Below, piece after piece: positions 38,731 to 51,245 of a stretch of 64,000 nucleotides of DNA. The first letter of the stretch is position 1; the number at the start of each line of letters is the position of its first letter. A program made the position numbers and the translations under genes. Source of the DNA: Lama glama (Eukaryota); contig CM052817.1 in assembly GCA_028534125.1 (NCBI GenBank), forward strand, positions 81,222,001 through 81,286,000. The letters run 5' to 3'. The notes beneath the pieces are model-generated. The model was not told the DNA's origin and ran no database searches. It worked only from the letters and a program-made list of their open reading frames with translations.

Positions 38731-40349
38731 TAGAGAAACAGTACAATCAGAATTGTACATTAGAAAAATATATTTAACACAACATAATATAGTAAAGGAA
38801 AAATATAGGATAAAAATAGATATGTAAAAAACAAATAGCAAAAGGGCACACGTAAATTCTACGTTATCAGTAATTACATTAAATATTAAAATCTCTAACC
38901 AAAGGCAGAAATTGGCAGAATAGGTTAAAAATAACACTGTTCAACTATATGCTGTCTGTGAGAGATACACTTTAAATTCAAGACAGAAATAGGTTAAAAA
39001 TAAAAGGATAGAAAAAAATATACCAAGCAAACAGTAACTAAAAGAGAGCTGGAGTGGCTATACTAATCTCAGACCAAACATACTTCATGATAAATTGTTA
39101 TTAGAAACAAAGATCGGTATTTTGTAATAATAAAATAGTCAATCCATCAAGAAGACATAACTGTTATAAAAATAAATGCACCTGACAAGAAAGGCCAAAA
39201 AAACCATGAAACAAAAACTGACAGAACTGAGCAGAGAAATAGGCAATTCAGCAACAGCACTTGGAAACATCAGTACTATACTTTCATAATTGATGGAATG
39301 ACTAGATGGAAGTTTAGCAAAGAAATAAGAGATTTTAATAACACAATAAACCAACTAGACCTACAGAGTCGTCTAAAGAACAGTCTGCCCAGTAACAGCA
39401 GAATGCATGTTCTTCTCAAATGCACATGGAACATTTGCAAACCATCAATCTGATAAGGGGCTCGTCTCATATGTAAATATTGATAGAACTCAATAACAGA
39501 AATACAAGTAAGTCGATACAAATGTACAAAGGATAAGAACAGTCATTTCTCCAAAGAAGATATGCAGTGGTAGGTAAGCACATGAGTAAAAGCTCAACAT
39601 CATTAGCCACAGGGAGATGCAAATCAAAATCACAATGAGATGTCATTTCACAGCCACTAGGGTAGCTAGAATCAAAAAGATGGACAGTAACAGATGTTAG
39701 TAAGGATGTGAAAAATTAGAACCCTCATGCATTGCCAATGGGAATGTAAAATAGTGCAGCAGATTTGGAAAACACTTTGGCAATTCCTCAGAAGTTAAGC
39801 ATAAAGTTACTACGTGATCCAGCAGTTTGACTTCTTGGTATATACTCAAAAGAAATAAAAATATGTCCATTTAAAAGCTTGTACACAAATATTCATAGCA
39901 ATATTATTCATAATACCCCCCCAAATCCTCAAATGTTTGTCAACTAATGGATGGCTAAACAAAAGTACAAAGGATAGAATATGATTTAGCCATAAAAAGA
40001 AATGAAGTATTGGTCCATGCTGCAACATGGATGAAAACATTATGCTAAGTTAAAGATACCAGACACAAAAGATCTCATGTTGTATGATTCCACTTATATG
40101 AAAGTTCCAGAATAGGAAATCCATAGAGACAGAAAATAGATTGGTGATTTCCAGGACCTGAGGAAAGCAGGGACAGGAGAATGCCCGCTAATGAGTAAAA
40201 GATTTCTTTTAGAGGGATCTAATGTTCTGAGACTGTCAGTGGTAATGGTTGCAGAACTTTGTGGGTATACTAAAAAGCACTGAATTTTACACCTCAAAAA
40301 GTGATTTTTTGGGTATGTGAATTATATCTCACTTTTAAAAAAGAAAAAA

Positions 40350-40705
40350 CAATCTTATATGTAAAAGGCCAATGGTACAGGAGGCTAATATCACAATCTG
40401 AGGCTCCCTATGTTGTCAAGTTCATAAATTTGAATCTGGAGTAGGATTAGCATCTCCAAACCACACAGATTGTCAAGGAAATCTGGAGGAAGGTGACATG
40501 CTGGTGAAAACAAGGCACTAAGAGACTGGAGAGGACTTGCAATTTGAAATAGAGAAAGGGAGGAAATCTGAGACTGAGACTGGGTTCAGCTATTGCATTC
40601 TTTTTCATGGTTTAGTTATCAGAGCCAATAAAGTCTTCTTTTTTTTTTTTCACTTAAGCCACTGGATTGGATTTCTGTCACTTGCTAGTAAAACTCTGAA
40701 ATAAT
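40350..40705. mobile_element. old MLT1 LTR pieces (right flank of nested L1)
   Basis: Ends agttatcagagccaataaagtcttc...cttaagccactggattggatttctgtcacttgc...ctgaaataata, an MLT1 3' end. Confidence 0.6.
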
Positions 40706-41873
40706 AGCTGTCTTTAAAGAAAAACACTACTCAAAATAGCTTAAACCATTATAACACTAAAAATAAGAGCATATTGCATGGCGATGAGTGAAAGTGAAGA
40801 TACAAGAGTGTTATATTTCAGTATCACCAGCCAGAAAGTTGTTAATGGATAATTTAAGCCCAAATCTTTAATATGATGGTTCTGAAACTCGAATAAAAAA
40901 TCTTGATAGGATCAAAGCTCAGAATGTTCAGGAAGAATATGATTGAGAATTATCAAGCCTGATTGTCATAAGCAACTGGTGCTTGACTAATCTCTGTGTT
41001 GAAGTCAGTGAGCAAACTCTTATATTACTGCTACTGAATTATTTTCCAGGCCTCAGAATTCCCAAATAGTAGATTTTTCCCATATATAAATATGGCTTCT
41101 ATTTCAGTTTTATGAGAAATGAAGTTTTATTTTCCACTGACTATTACTTTCTTTACTAAATGATTTCACTTGGCAGAATTTTTTTAAATATTCAGGTATT
41201 TTTTGCTATTAAGAAAGTCAGTTAATCTAGTGAAATAATGCTAGGAATTTTCATGGCATTTCCTTAAATAGTATACGTAGGAGGTCATGGTTATCAAATT
41301 GATTATTTTAGTATCTATTAAATTGTACCTGAGGAATGAATTTAAATTAGTTACTTACAGAATAATCCCTTTTATACCACATAGGTACAATTAATTTTAA
41401 AGGATAAAATTATTGATTTGAGTTTTATACCCCTACCCTCCAAGAGGAATTCATAATGTCCTAAACTGGCCTGATTAATTTTCTAGTTATAAATAGATAT
41501 TTAACAACTTCCTATCCCTAAACAAATAAATAACAAATGCAAGAGATGAGCAAATTATCTTAGCTGACTAAAGAAAAGGCACAGTGTACACAACTGCTGA
41601 CTTAATTCTAAGTGATATCTAGAATAAGTAATCACTGATAAATGAATAGGTTAATGCATGTATTCACAGACACACACAGAACAGAAGCAGATTTCTTGTT
41701 GATAAACATTTTAATGAATTATGGAAGTTCTATAAAAGAGGATTGTCATTAAAAATTATCTGGATTAACTGGAGATCAAAATATAATTTTCTAATAAAAT
41801 ATCTACATGAGTGTTTGAGGGTCAGAGACATACAGAGACACAGAGAGACAGAGGAAGAGATAAGAGAGATATA

Positions 41874-42222
41874 CAGTCAGCCCTCCATATATACTGATTC
41901 TGCATTTTTGGATTCAACCAACCATTGTGGATCAAAAATATTAGGAAAAAAAATTCCAGAAAGTTCCAAGAAGCAAAACTTGAGTCTTATGTGTGCTGGC
42001 AACTGCTTATGTAGCATTTCCATTGTATTTACAACTATTTACATAGCATTTACACTATATTAGGTGTTTATAAATTACACTAAAGATGATTTAAAGTATA
42101 TAGGAGGATACAGGATACATGTAAATATTATGCCATTTTATATAAGGGACTTAAGCATCCATGAATTTTGATATTGGAGGAGGGTCCTGGGACCAATCCC
42201 CCATGGATACTGAGGGTGACTG
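41874..42222. mobile_element. Tigger3a-like Tc1/mariner MITE, complete
   Basis: Terminal inverted repeats cagtcagccctccatat / atggatactgagggtgactg, flanked by TA on both sides; 349 bp. Confidence 0.9.
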
Positions 42223-43576
42223 TATTTTGAGAAATAAGGTTTTCACCCTAAGCTCTATGGGATCTAAATTACAGGATTCCTGGATGGCAGCATGGAGTTG
42301 TGGATAATAACAGTCTGACAATACTTGCTATACTAAAAGTACAACAGATCCTTCACTTTTTGTAGGCAGAATATACTGCAATTTGGGGTAAATATATTAT
42401 TTTATTTTTAAAAACAGATTTGAACTTTCCTCCTAAAGTCAAGTCACACAGAGAATACAATTCATCCAATATACAGGTAGCAATTGCCTACTGTGTCCCA
42501 TATAAAATAATTGATTGTTATCTCAGGAGTTCTGTTCCTGTGTAATCTATGCATATTGACTGATTCCTACTGATTATTTAGCATTTGCCCAACTTTTGTG
42601 AAATTGATGGACCAGTCCTCTGGTCAGTTGGAGTCAGTCTTTAACATGTAGAATATTTCTATATAGTTGGGTTTTGACAGGAAATAGGTTTAATGTATAT
42701 ATTGTGTATATTTTGGCTCCATAGTGAGATTGTGCACCCAAGATTTCTGATAGTTGGGCTGACTATGTGGTAGGAGGCCTAATGCAGCAGTAAAAAATGG
42801 AAGGTTGCCTGTAACATAGAAAAAATTGCCTTATGTTTTGGTAAGAAGAGTGCTGAGTGCTAAGTGGCCTCTGTCCCAACCTAATGGATGAAACACCTTC
42901 ATTTCTTGGCTCTTATCACTGGGCAGGATTCATTATACCTTTGAGCTGCCAACTCCTAAACCATGCGCTAGTCTCCTTAGGAAATGGAGGGTGGCCTTAC
43001 AGAGCCGTTTCAAGTCAGTTATTTGTATTCTTATTTCATGAAACCTTTGCACTACTTGTTTGCTCCCTCAGTGGTCAACTGAAATGAGACACTGCTGAAG
43101 CCAGTCAAAATTAACATTCCTGCCAATCTTCAAATCCAGTCCAGCAGTTTGTGGTCTAACTCAGCTCATTTGCTGTTCCACAAAGTAAGTAGGATTGGTG
43201 AAAATCATTTTGTAGTCCCACTGTATTTATCACAGTGAAGTTCAGATAAACAATCCCAGGCTATATTAAGGACAATAATCGTTTAAATCTAAATAGTCTT
43301 TGATGGAGCAAATAAGTCATGTAGGGAAAAGAACAGGGACATCTAAGAAGTCTTTAGTGTACTAAGTGTGACTACTAGTGAAAGTCAGTTTTGGAGCTCT
43401 AACATCAATAAAGTGATTTAATGAATGACTACAAAAGAAGTAAGGCCAACATTGTCTCAATTTTGCTCCTGTGATTTAATAGGCATGGACATATTCATAG
43501 AACATCTAAATCCCTCAGATTACCAACTACCTAATGCATAGGGGGATGGGGTGGTTAAGGACTCCTACTCTGTGGA

Positions 43577-43649
43577 TTTTTATACATAGGCATAGGATAT
43601 TTGTACATGGGTATAGACTATTTATACATAAGTATAGAGTATTTATACA
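43577..43649. repeat. 21-bp minisatellite, about 3.5 copies
   Basis: tttttatacataggcatagga / tatttgtacatgggtatagac / tatttatacataagtatagag / tatttataca. Confidence 0.85.
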
Positions 43650-44060
43650 GACGGCCTCAAGTAAGCCACAAAACAAATCTTAGATGTCCTCCCAAAGTTT
43701 CAATTTTAATCAACAATTTGGTAACAAGTTAAATATTTTAACTCATCTAATGTATTATATATCAAATATTTTCTCATCAAAATTAGCGTAGATATACATG
43801 GAGTAGAAGATGAAATTTATTTGAATTTTAGAGATAAAACACATAATTTCAAAGAAACGCCAGACATTCAGAGAGCAGTTTGCCTGTGCTTCACAATATC
43901 TACTCTCACTTTGATGACTTTAGAGATACATCAATGAAATGTTTAAGAGGCATTAATACAGGGTTTAAAAAGTAATATTATCAAAGAGTAATTAGTAAAT
44001 ACTTTTGTTGTTGGTTAGAGAGACCAGAGAAGAATTTATCGCACTTAGTAAAATATACAT

Positions 44061-44444
44061 TGTAGTAAATGCAGTAGGTGCCCCACCCAGATGTTCTTCA
44101 CTTGGACGGTAAACACCCTGCCCAGCTCTTGTAATTATTGACTACTAATAGCTCACAGATGCCTCCTATTGTAGACCATCGCTCTCCACCAACAGAAGCC
44201 ACCTTGGAATGTTACAGCAGCTCCCAGGCGATGGCTGAATACTAAGGCAGGACCAACTCTGTGGTGGGACTCATCTTCCAGGATTGCCTCCGCAGGGCTC
44301 AGCCGGAAGCGGGACTCCAGCTGAGATCAAATCCGTGCCGTATCCTGCTGCCCTCATTCTCTTCCTCCTGAGATGATTCCCTCAGAAAATCACTTGCACA
44401 AGAATCCTGTTCAGGCTGTGCTTCCAGAGAACCAACTGTAGTCA
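44061..44444 (+). mobile_element. LTR16 (LTR16C-like) ERVL solo LTR
   Basis: tgtagtaaatgcagtaggtgccccacccagat...aggcaggaccaactctgtggtg...aaatcacttgcacaagaatcc...caggctgtgcttccagagaacc. Confidence 0.8.
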
Positions 44445-45529
44445 TCATATTTCTGTTCGTCTCCCCACCACCCCTCCCAATAATAATGTGAAATGCTTAA
44501 AATATCTGTAGTTGGTCCTTTTTGTGCCCAGCCAGTGCTTTCTGTGCTTTTGACTTTCTCCTCAGTTGCATCCTTCTGACTCCTTTTGCCCAGGAAATTG
44601 TCGAGATTTTTACAGTTTATCACCCTGCCTTTGACTGGATTTTCCATTCTCTTTGGATTGGGATTCAGAGGGACATTATCCTCATGAGTCTGGAAAGGAG
44701 CTTTAAAGATAACTTCAGGCAGATGAATGCATAAACACATGGAAAGTCAGCCCATTTCAGTGTTTTATCATCCTTAAAATTAGCATTTTTATCTTCATGT
44801 CCAGGTAAAATTTACCCTTCTTTACTTCATGCCTATGTCTTGGTTTTGGATCTGGTCTTTTGTGGACATAAAGAATAACTCCTTAGTAAGTTCCTCGTAA
44901 GCAAAGACTGCTCACATCATCTAAGACAGCCACAGCTGACCCACTAGATCTGTGTCTAGGTTATTTTGCCCAAGGCCAGTTTTTTAAAAGAACTTCACCA
45001 AACCAGCAATCCTCCAAATGACCAATTTGACAAAATATTTGTATCTTTAACTATTTGGTTTTAATTAGCTAGTTCTCATTTGGTTGTCAAGACAGGCCCA
45101 GGAGCCCAAACAAATACAATATTTCTTATACCATTATTATGAGGCAAGATGCAAAACAGTCAAATAAAATTAAATGCGAAGAAGGAACAAGTAAATTCTG
45201 CAAGTTGGTCATTCCAAGGATTGCATTTGGTTTCCAGGAAATTGTTGGCTACTTGGCTTACATCTGTTAAATATCTAGGCTACATACATATACTTAATTT
45301 TTTTCATTTTCTAATGTTTTATAACTAATTTTCATCCATTCATAATCATTTAAATGTCCTTAATGTTGAAAACATTTGGAGTTAATCTATCCTCAAATAG
45401 GTTCAATTTCCTGTCATTCTTCCCACTTATTAATATACAAATCCCTCTCAAGTTAAGTTGTAGTATATTCTGTGAGTAATTATTTGAGAAGTCCAAGATA
45501 AAGATTCTGTTTTCATTTTTAGAATTTTT

Positions 45530-45678
45530 TTAAATGGGGAATGGTACTCTTATTCACTGATGGTGGAAATAAAAAATACTACCAGCAGCCTTGAAAACAG
45601 TTTGGAAGCATGTATCAAAAGATTTAAAAGATGATGTTTTGAAACATAAACCCGATTTCTAAAAGAAATAATTAGATA
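45530..45678 (+). mobile_element. L1ME fragment
   Basis: gtactcttattcactgatggtggaaataaaa...ttgaaaacagtttgg. Confidence 0.6.
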
Positions 45679-46619
45679 TGTTAGAAATACTCAGTTCTGT
45701 CTATCTGTGTCTTTCTTTCCTGTGTGTCTCCGTCACTCTCACTACTACCTGACTGGCAACACTTCTGACATCAGATGTGGCGTTTTTCCCCACACCAAGC
45801 ACTTCTCTGACACCAGCTGGGTGTCCTAGAGTTTAACTCAATTCTAACCCCATCTGCCTGGAGATGGTGTCACATCCCACAGGCTAATGGGTCAGTCCCA
45901 CATGACTGCTGCCACCTTTCTTCAGATGCTGATCACAAGTGGTAGGTTCCCAGGTTGACCACAACTTCTATTTACTTGACTGCAAGTCAGAGCATCCCAC
46001 GACCTCCTCTTCCTTTGAATTTGATTAACTTGCTAGAGTAGAACTCAGGGAAACACTAATGTTTACCAGTTTATCAAAGGATTTCATACAAGATACTGAG
46101 TAGCAGCCAGATGAAGAGATATGTAGGGCACATGGGGCCAGGTCTGGGAGGGTCCCAAAGACAGGAGCTTCCATCCTTGTGGAGTTGGGGTGTGTCACCC
46201 TCCTGGTATGTAGATTGTTTGCCAGCTTTACAGCTCTTTAAACCCCATGCTACTGGGATTTTTGCGGAAGTTTCATCACATAGGCATAATAAATCATTAA
46301 GTCCATTTTCAGCCCTACTTCTTGCTCATGAGAGTAGGGGGCAGGGCGAAAAATTCCAAGCTTCTAATCATGACTTGGTCTTCCTGATCACCACCTTTCA
46401 TCCAGTAGCCCACCAGGAGTAACCTCATTAGAACAAAGGATACTCCTATCACCCGAGAAATTAAAGGATTTCAGGAGCCCTTTGTCAGGAGTCCAGGTCA
46501 AAGACCAAATATTAGAAGTACTGTTATCACCTAGGAAATTTAAGTGGTTTTAAGAGCACTTTGCCAGGAACCAGAGGCAGAGAACAATATGTATTATATA
46601 TATTTTCTTTCATCTCACA
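45679..46619 (-). mobile_element. MER21 (MER21A-like) LTR
   Basis: acttctgacatcagatgtgg...gacaccagctgggtgtcct...cagccagatgaagagat...ctaatcatgacttggtcttcctg...tatattttctttcatctcaca. Confidence 0.88.
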
Positions 46620-46689
46620 TCAGACACTAGGACAAAATATATTGCTGAGAAATTTGTCGTAGCATTTTAGTGAAAATTTAAATGAAAAG

Positions 46690-47000
46690 GACAGAGCTGG
46701 ACTGTTCTGGAAATGGATGGATGCAGAATTTAAAAGTTGTTGTCAATAATTCAGCCTTTCTTTGCATTTGATTCTGTTCTTCTTTATTTTTTATATGGTG
46801 GTCCCCAGAACAATATTTCTGTGTCTACCATTCATTGATTCAAGATGTTCAGATGTCCCCTCTTGAACAATTTTGTGGCCAGGGAGTAGAGAGATCTTGA
46901 TTAGTTTAAATTAAATAGGATCTACCTCTGGCCGTAGATCAATAGTTAAAATGAAATTTATCATAAGAAGGGAGAATGTTTTCTAGGTGACAGAAACTAA
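46690..47000 (-). mobile_element. old MLT1 fragment
   Basis: gaaatggatggatgcag...cttgaacaattttgtggccagggag...tcttgattagttta. Confidence 0.45.
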
Positions 47001-47126
47001 AGATACCCTCTTCAATAATTTGAAAAATTTGATAAATTACTATGTATATGTTAAAGATTATATTGTTAAAAATATTTAGTTACATGAGAAAATACTTAAG
47101 ATAAAATGTCACATTAAAAAAGTGGT

Positions 47127-47308
47127 GGGAAGAGAGTATAGCTCAGTGATAGAATGTATGCCTAGTGTACCGGAGGTCCTGGGTTCAATCCCCAGTACCT
47201 CCATTAAACAAACAAACAAACAAACCTAATTACCCACTCCCCACCCCCCCAAAAAAGAAAAGTAAAAACAAAAAATAATTTTAAAAAATAATTAAAAAAA
47301 TAAAAAAC
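47127..47308 (+). mobile_element. vic-1-like camelid SINE
   Basis: gtatagctcagtgatagaatgtatgcctagtg...gaggtcctgggttcaatccccagtacctcc, (AAAC)n, aacctaattacc and an A-rich tail; no clear TSD. Confidence 0.9.
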
Positions 47309-47309
47309 C

Positions 47310-47630
47310 AGGGAGAACAGCAAGTGTGAACACCTGAGGCAGAATCCATTTTTACCTGGGGAAAACAAAGAGTTATATGATGTCAAGCATAATAAAGAAG
47401 GGGAAAAATATCTATAAACAAGACCAGAGAAATAAGCAGAGCCCAGATCATGAAGCATCTTACAGACTACAGTAGTGACTTTAGTCTTTTTTCCCTAGTT
47501 CAGTGAAAGACTTCATAGGATTTTTAGCCAGAAGTTTGCATGACACGATAAATAGTTTTCAAGAACAATGTGACCAATGTGTGGAAAATGGATTAGAGAG
47601 GGGCAAGTGTAGAAGCAGGAATTAACAAGA
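47310..47630 (-). mobile_element. L2 internal fragment
   Basis: gagaacagcaagtgtgaacacctgaggcag...gcagagcccagatcatgaagcatctt...gtgtggaaaatggattagagaggggcaag. Confidence 0.8.
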
Positions 47631-47734
47631 TTTCCCTGGGAAAATCAGCAGCCTTGTATCTGTTTGGTTCTGTATTTAATCCACATTCAATGATCTCACC
47701 ACTACTTTATTACCTATGTTCTGCCATTTGACAC

Positions 47735-47835
47735 TCCACCATGTGCACACCAGTTCCGTGAGGGCAGGGACCATGTCTACCCATATTTTCCACCTCTTCC
47801 TGTACCTAAGATATAGTGGGCAATACTTGTTTATA
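47735..47835 (+). mobile_element. L2 3' end fragment
   Basis: agttccgtgagggcagggaccatgtct. Confidence 0.7.
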
Positions 47836-50257
47836 AAACCTTTATGTGTGAGTTTCAAGACAAAGTTCAATACTGCAAAGACTTTATAACTGTTCTTTAT
47901 GTTTTATGAAGACCACATATATTAGAAAGTTTTTTCTATTAGCAAATATTACATTAAATAACAAAGTGATTCCGTCTTATTAAACAGAGGATCTCTTTGG
48001 ATCCTAAACCATTGATTCCATAGTTTTTGAGAAATTACTGAACCCAGAATATATCTGTGAGGATACCATCATGAATAATTTTAAAACAATAGCATTCAAG
48101 TAAAAATTTCCTCGAGTTACAGTATTATTCCAGAGGTCTTCCTGTGATTCATGGAATTTTATAGACAGATTCAACATAAAACCACTAAAAAGATAATAAA
48201 AACTTATTTTTTATTGGTTTTCATGGCATTTAGTTTGTTTCCCTGATATTTAAGCATACACATACAGTTAATTTTTATTACCTCTATATACATAAAAATT
48301 GGAGAACAAAAAATATTAAGTTTCTTCTAAGCAAAAAGCCCTGAGCACTTAATATTTAGCAAAATCCTTTGTAACAGATACCAGTATCCCTATTTTGAAA
48401 ACAAAAATATAGAAGAGAAAATTCCTCAGGGTCATCTGGTTAACTCGTGAATTTACCCTTGTTCTGTACATATATTGATGCATCATAATTTAAAATTTTA
48501 ATGTTCTTGCTGTGGTTCCAGATATTTTCGGTGAGCATTAAGCATCTTTTATTCTGGATGAGGTGCTTCTCTTCTAAACCCTTAAAGCATTTCACTCATA
48601 CCTCTGTCACCATCCTCATTCTATTGGACTTAACGCACATAGCGGGCACTTAGTGAATGTTTTAAAATAAATGATTATTTAAAATAATTTATTTTTCCAT
48701 GGTAGCAGATAGGAACAGCAAAGCATTGTCAGTTGTGGGAAACCGTCAGTGAGGCAGAATAACATGATTTGCCAGTACTAGTCCCTGGAAAGAAGAATCT
48801 GAAGTATATTAAAACACACACACATACAATATGTGGCGTATATTTTTTTGAAACATGACTGTTATGGTATTACTTTAAGGAAGCCTCCTTGGGGCTGATC
48901 TCAATTACATGCTCTTGAAGAAAAAAAGTAAGACTTGAGGGGATGGAGTGCACATAGGCAATTTGGCATCGTTTGTCTTTGGATAGCGTTTCAGCCAAAA
49001 GAGACTCAAGACTGTGGCCAAGTATCATTTAATGTCACTTGTGGGCATTTCAAAAATTTCATGGAAAATATAGTTCTCAGGTTTCTTATTTAATAACATG
49101 GGCAGTTGCCAGTGATGGGAAAATGCCAAGCCTATTTCACTTTTGAGGTCCCAAAATCTAATTTAATCAAAATCAAATCTCATCATATCCCATGAAATAG
49201 TTGCTACTGAAGACTCCTAGAAGTGTGTTACTGACACACACATATATACTTGCAGAAATAATACTAAAAACTTATTTCAACCTCAGTATTGTTTTATTTG
49301 TGCAATCAAATTTGGTTTAAATGGATTTTGGTTCCTTGGCAAAAATATGATATGCAGAAAAAGGAAAGGTGAATTTTCTAATGAGACCCTAGAAAACTCA
49401 GGTTTTGAGTTAAAAGACACAAAATTAATTCAGTTTATTCAAAAAATACTGCAAAGTAGTTTATTTATTTACCTAGTAAAGTGTTGCGGTTCTAATTTAG
49501 TCAACATATGCCTTTTAACTGCTCACCTGGTGCTTTGAGTACGCAACTGAAAAGGTGCTGGATCACAGCACTGGGCTGTCACAAGTTTTCACCTATCTGT
49601 TGGTGATTTTGATTGGATTTGATTTTGATCTGTTGGAATAAAACTGAATAGATAGTTGTTTATATGGATGTAATATTTTTCTCATAAAATAATCACATTT
49701 ATTCCTCAAACTGCTCCAACCCAGGAAAAAAAAAAGCCTCATTTAAAGATTTCCTAGTAGCCTCTGAGGAAATAATTTAGTGGCATCAACCTCAGCCTAA
49801 CATGCAGATTACTTTACTCATTCTCATTTTTGTTTTATTTCCCCATTCTTCTCCCTTTTCTTCCAGCTTTCAAAGGCCTTTCGATTGTTTCTTTATTTAC
49901 CTTTTCTCCTCCTCTAGACACCATGATTTCTGGGGAAGCTTGGATTAATGTAATTCAATGCTTTCTATACAGTATTATGCACAACATGAGCTGACCAAAA
50001 GCATAAAGTCATTCAGTGACAAAGCCTACAGCTGGAAGGCTTTGGTTTCCTCGATGTTTCTACGAGCTGTCAGTCCAGGGTGGGGCCCCGTAATTCTCAT
50101 GTTTTCTGTCTTTTGTCATTTCTGAGAGTTTCTCTGAACTAATCCTACTTTACAGGGCTTACAGACAAAATTTCAGAGCAGACCTCTTCAGAGCTGACTG
50201 ACATGAGCAGAGGCGAGCTAGGAGAAATTACAGACAAGAAAGCCAATGGCACTGCTC

Positions 50258-50261
<4 letters not shown>

Positions 50262-50298
<37 letters not shown>
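50262..50298. repeat. (CT)n microsatellite
   Basis: Read directly. Confidence 0.95.
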
Positions 50299-50300
<2 letters not shown>

Positions 50301-51094
50301 CCTCCTCTCTCCTCCTCTGTCGTATTTACTCTTCATGATGCACACAAGCCCCCTTCACCTTCTGTGCAGAGTTAACTTCAAATTTCCTCTAGCACCGTCC
50401 AAAAATGAGCACTGAGCATTTTAACTCCATAACTTTATTTTTGTCAAGTCAGATTGCTTTGTCTGTAGCAAAAGGCTCCTGTTAATACGCAATTTCCACT
50501 GCTACTTATTTAATGATGTGTTCACCTCTCTCATTCCCAGAACACACATACACCCCCACACACACACATCCCCACACCTACCTCATAACGTTTTCACTCT
50601 TAGGGCCACCTGCACTACAAAGACTAGGAACAAAGGTTCTTGCAATCTTATGTTCACTCAGCCCCGGGAGGGGTCACACACCTCCCATCCTCAACTATTT
50701 GGTGTCAGCTTCCATAGCATTAGCCCCCGTCTTGCTTTCCACTTTGGCTAGCATTATTAGTTAATTAGTGCATTTTAACTGTTGCCTTCTGGAAATAAAA
50801 ATCTCAGTTTTGAGTTTCAAGCCAAAAGAAAGTTTAATTTATTTTAAATTCAGCACATTGGAGGCTAATGTAAAGATAAACAAAACTCTTCTGTATCTCT
50901 TTAGTTTTAAGTCAAATCATGTAGGTAGAATTCAGATCAGCTGTACATTACTAAAGGCATAAAAGTAATGTGTATTAATTATTATTTTAAAATCTTCTGA
51001 AAAGTTAAAGCGTAATATTACAAATATGAGTAAAATTACCAAAGTGCAAGATTTGGAAAAGGAACATCTCTAAGATGGAGGCTGTAGCAGTAGA

Positions 51095-51245
51095 CTCTTC
51101 TCATATTTAAAATTAAGTTGCTTAACTTCTCAGAGCTTCAGCGTCCTTAACTGTGAAAGGAGGAGAATAGTTCTGAAGATTAAAAGAAATAATTTCTATC
51201 AAAGGCCCCGAGAAAACTAACATAAAAATGGTCTACTGTTATTTA
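51095..51245 (+). mobile_element. MIR fragment
   Basis: aagttgcttaacttctcagagcttcagcgtccttaactgtgaaa. Confidence 0.65.

Larger units (their letters stand above)
37060..40347 (+). mobile_element. L1MB-like LINE-1 with 5'UTR, internally deleted
   Basis: 5'UTR-like 37060-38050; ORF1 start about 38100-38340; ORF2 endonuclease remnants (TLSVITLN, ICCL*EIH, AGVAILISD at 39048-39074); ORF2 C-terminus; L1MB7/8-like 3'UTR ending gtatgtgaattatatctca plus an A tail. Confidence 0.88.

Noticed and set aside
46440..46592. About 75-bp imperfect tandem duplication
   Set aside because: As I recall, this is part of the MER21A consensus rather than a locus-specific event.
50145..50415. Overlapping ORFs with RE/SL runs
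   Set aside because: They are translations of the (CT)n microsatellite.
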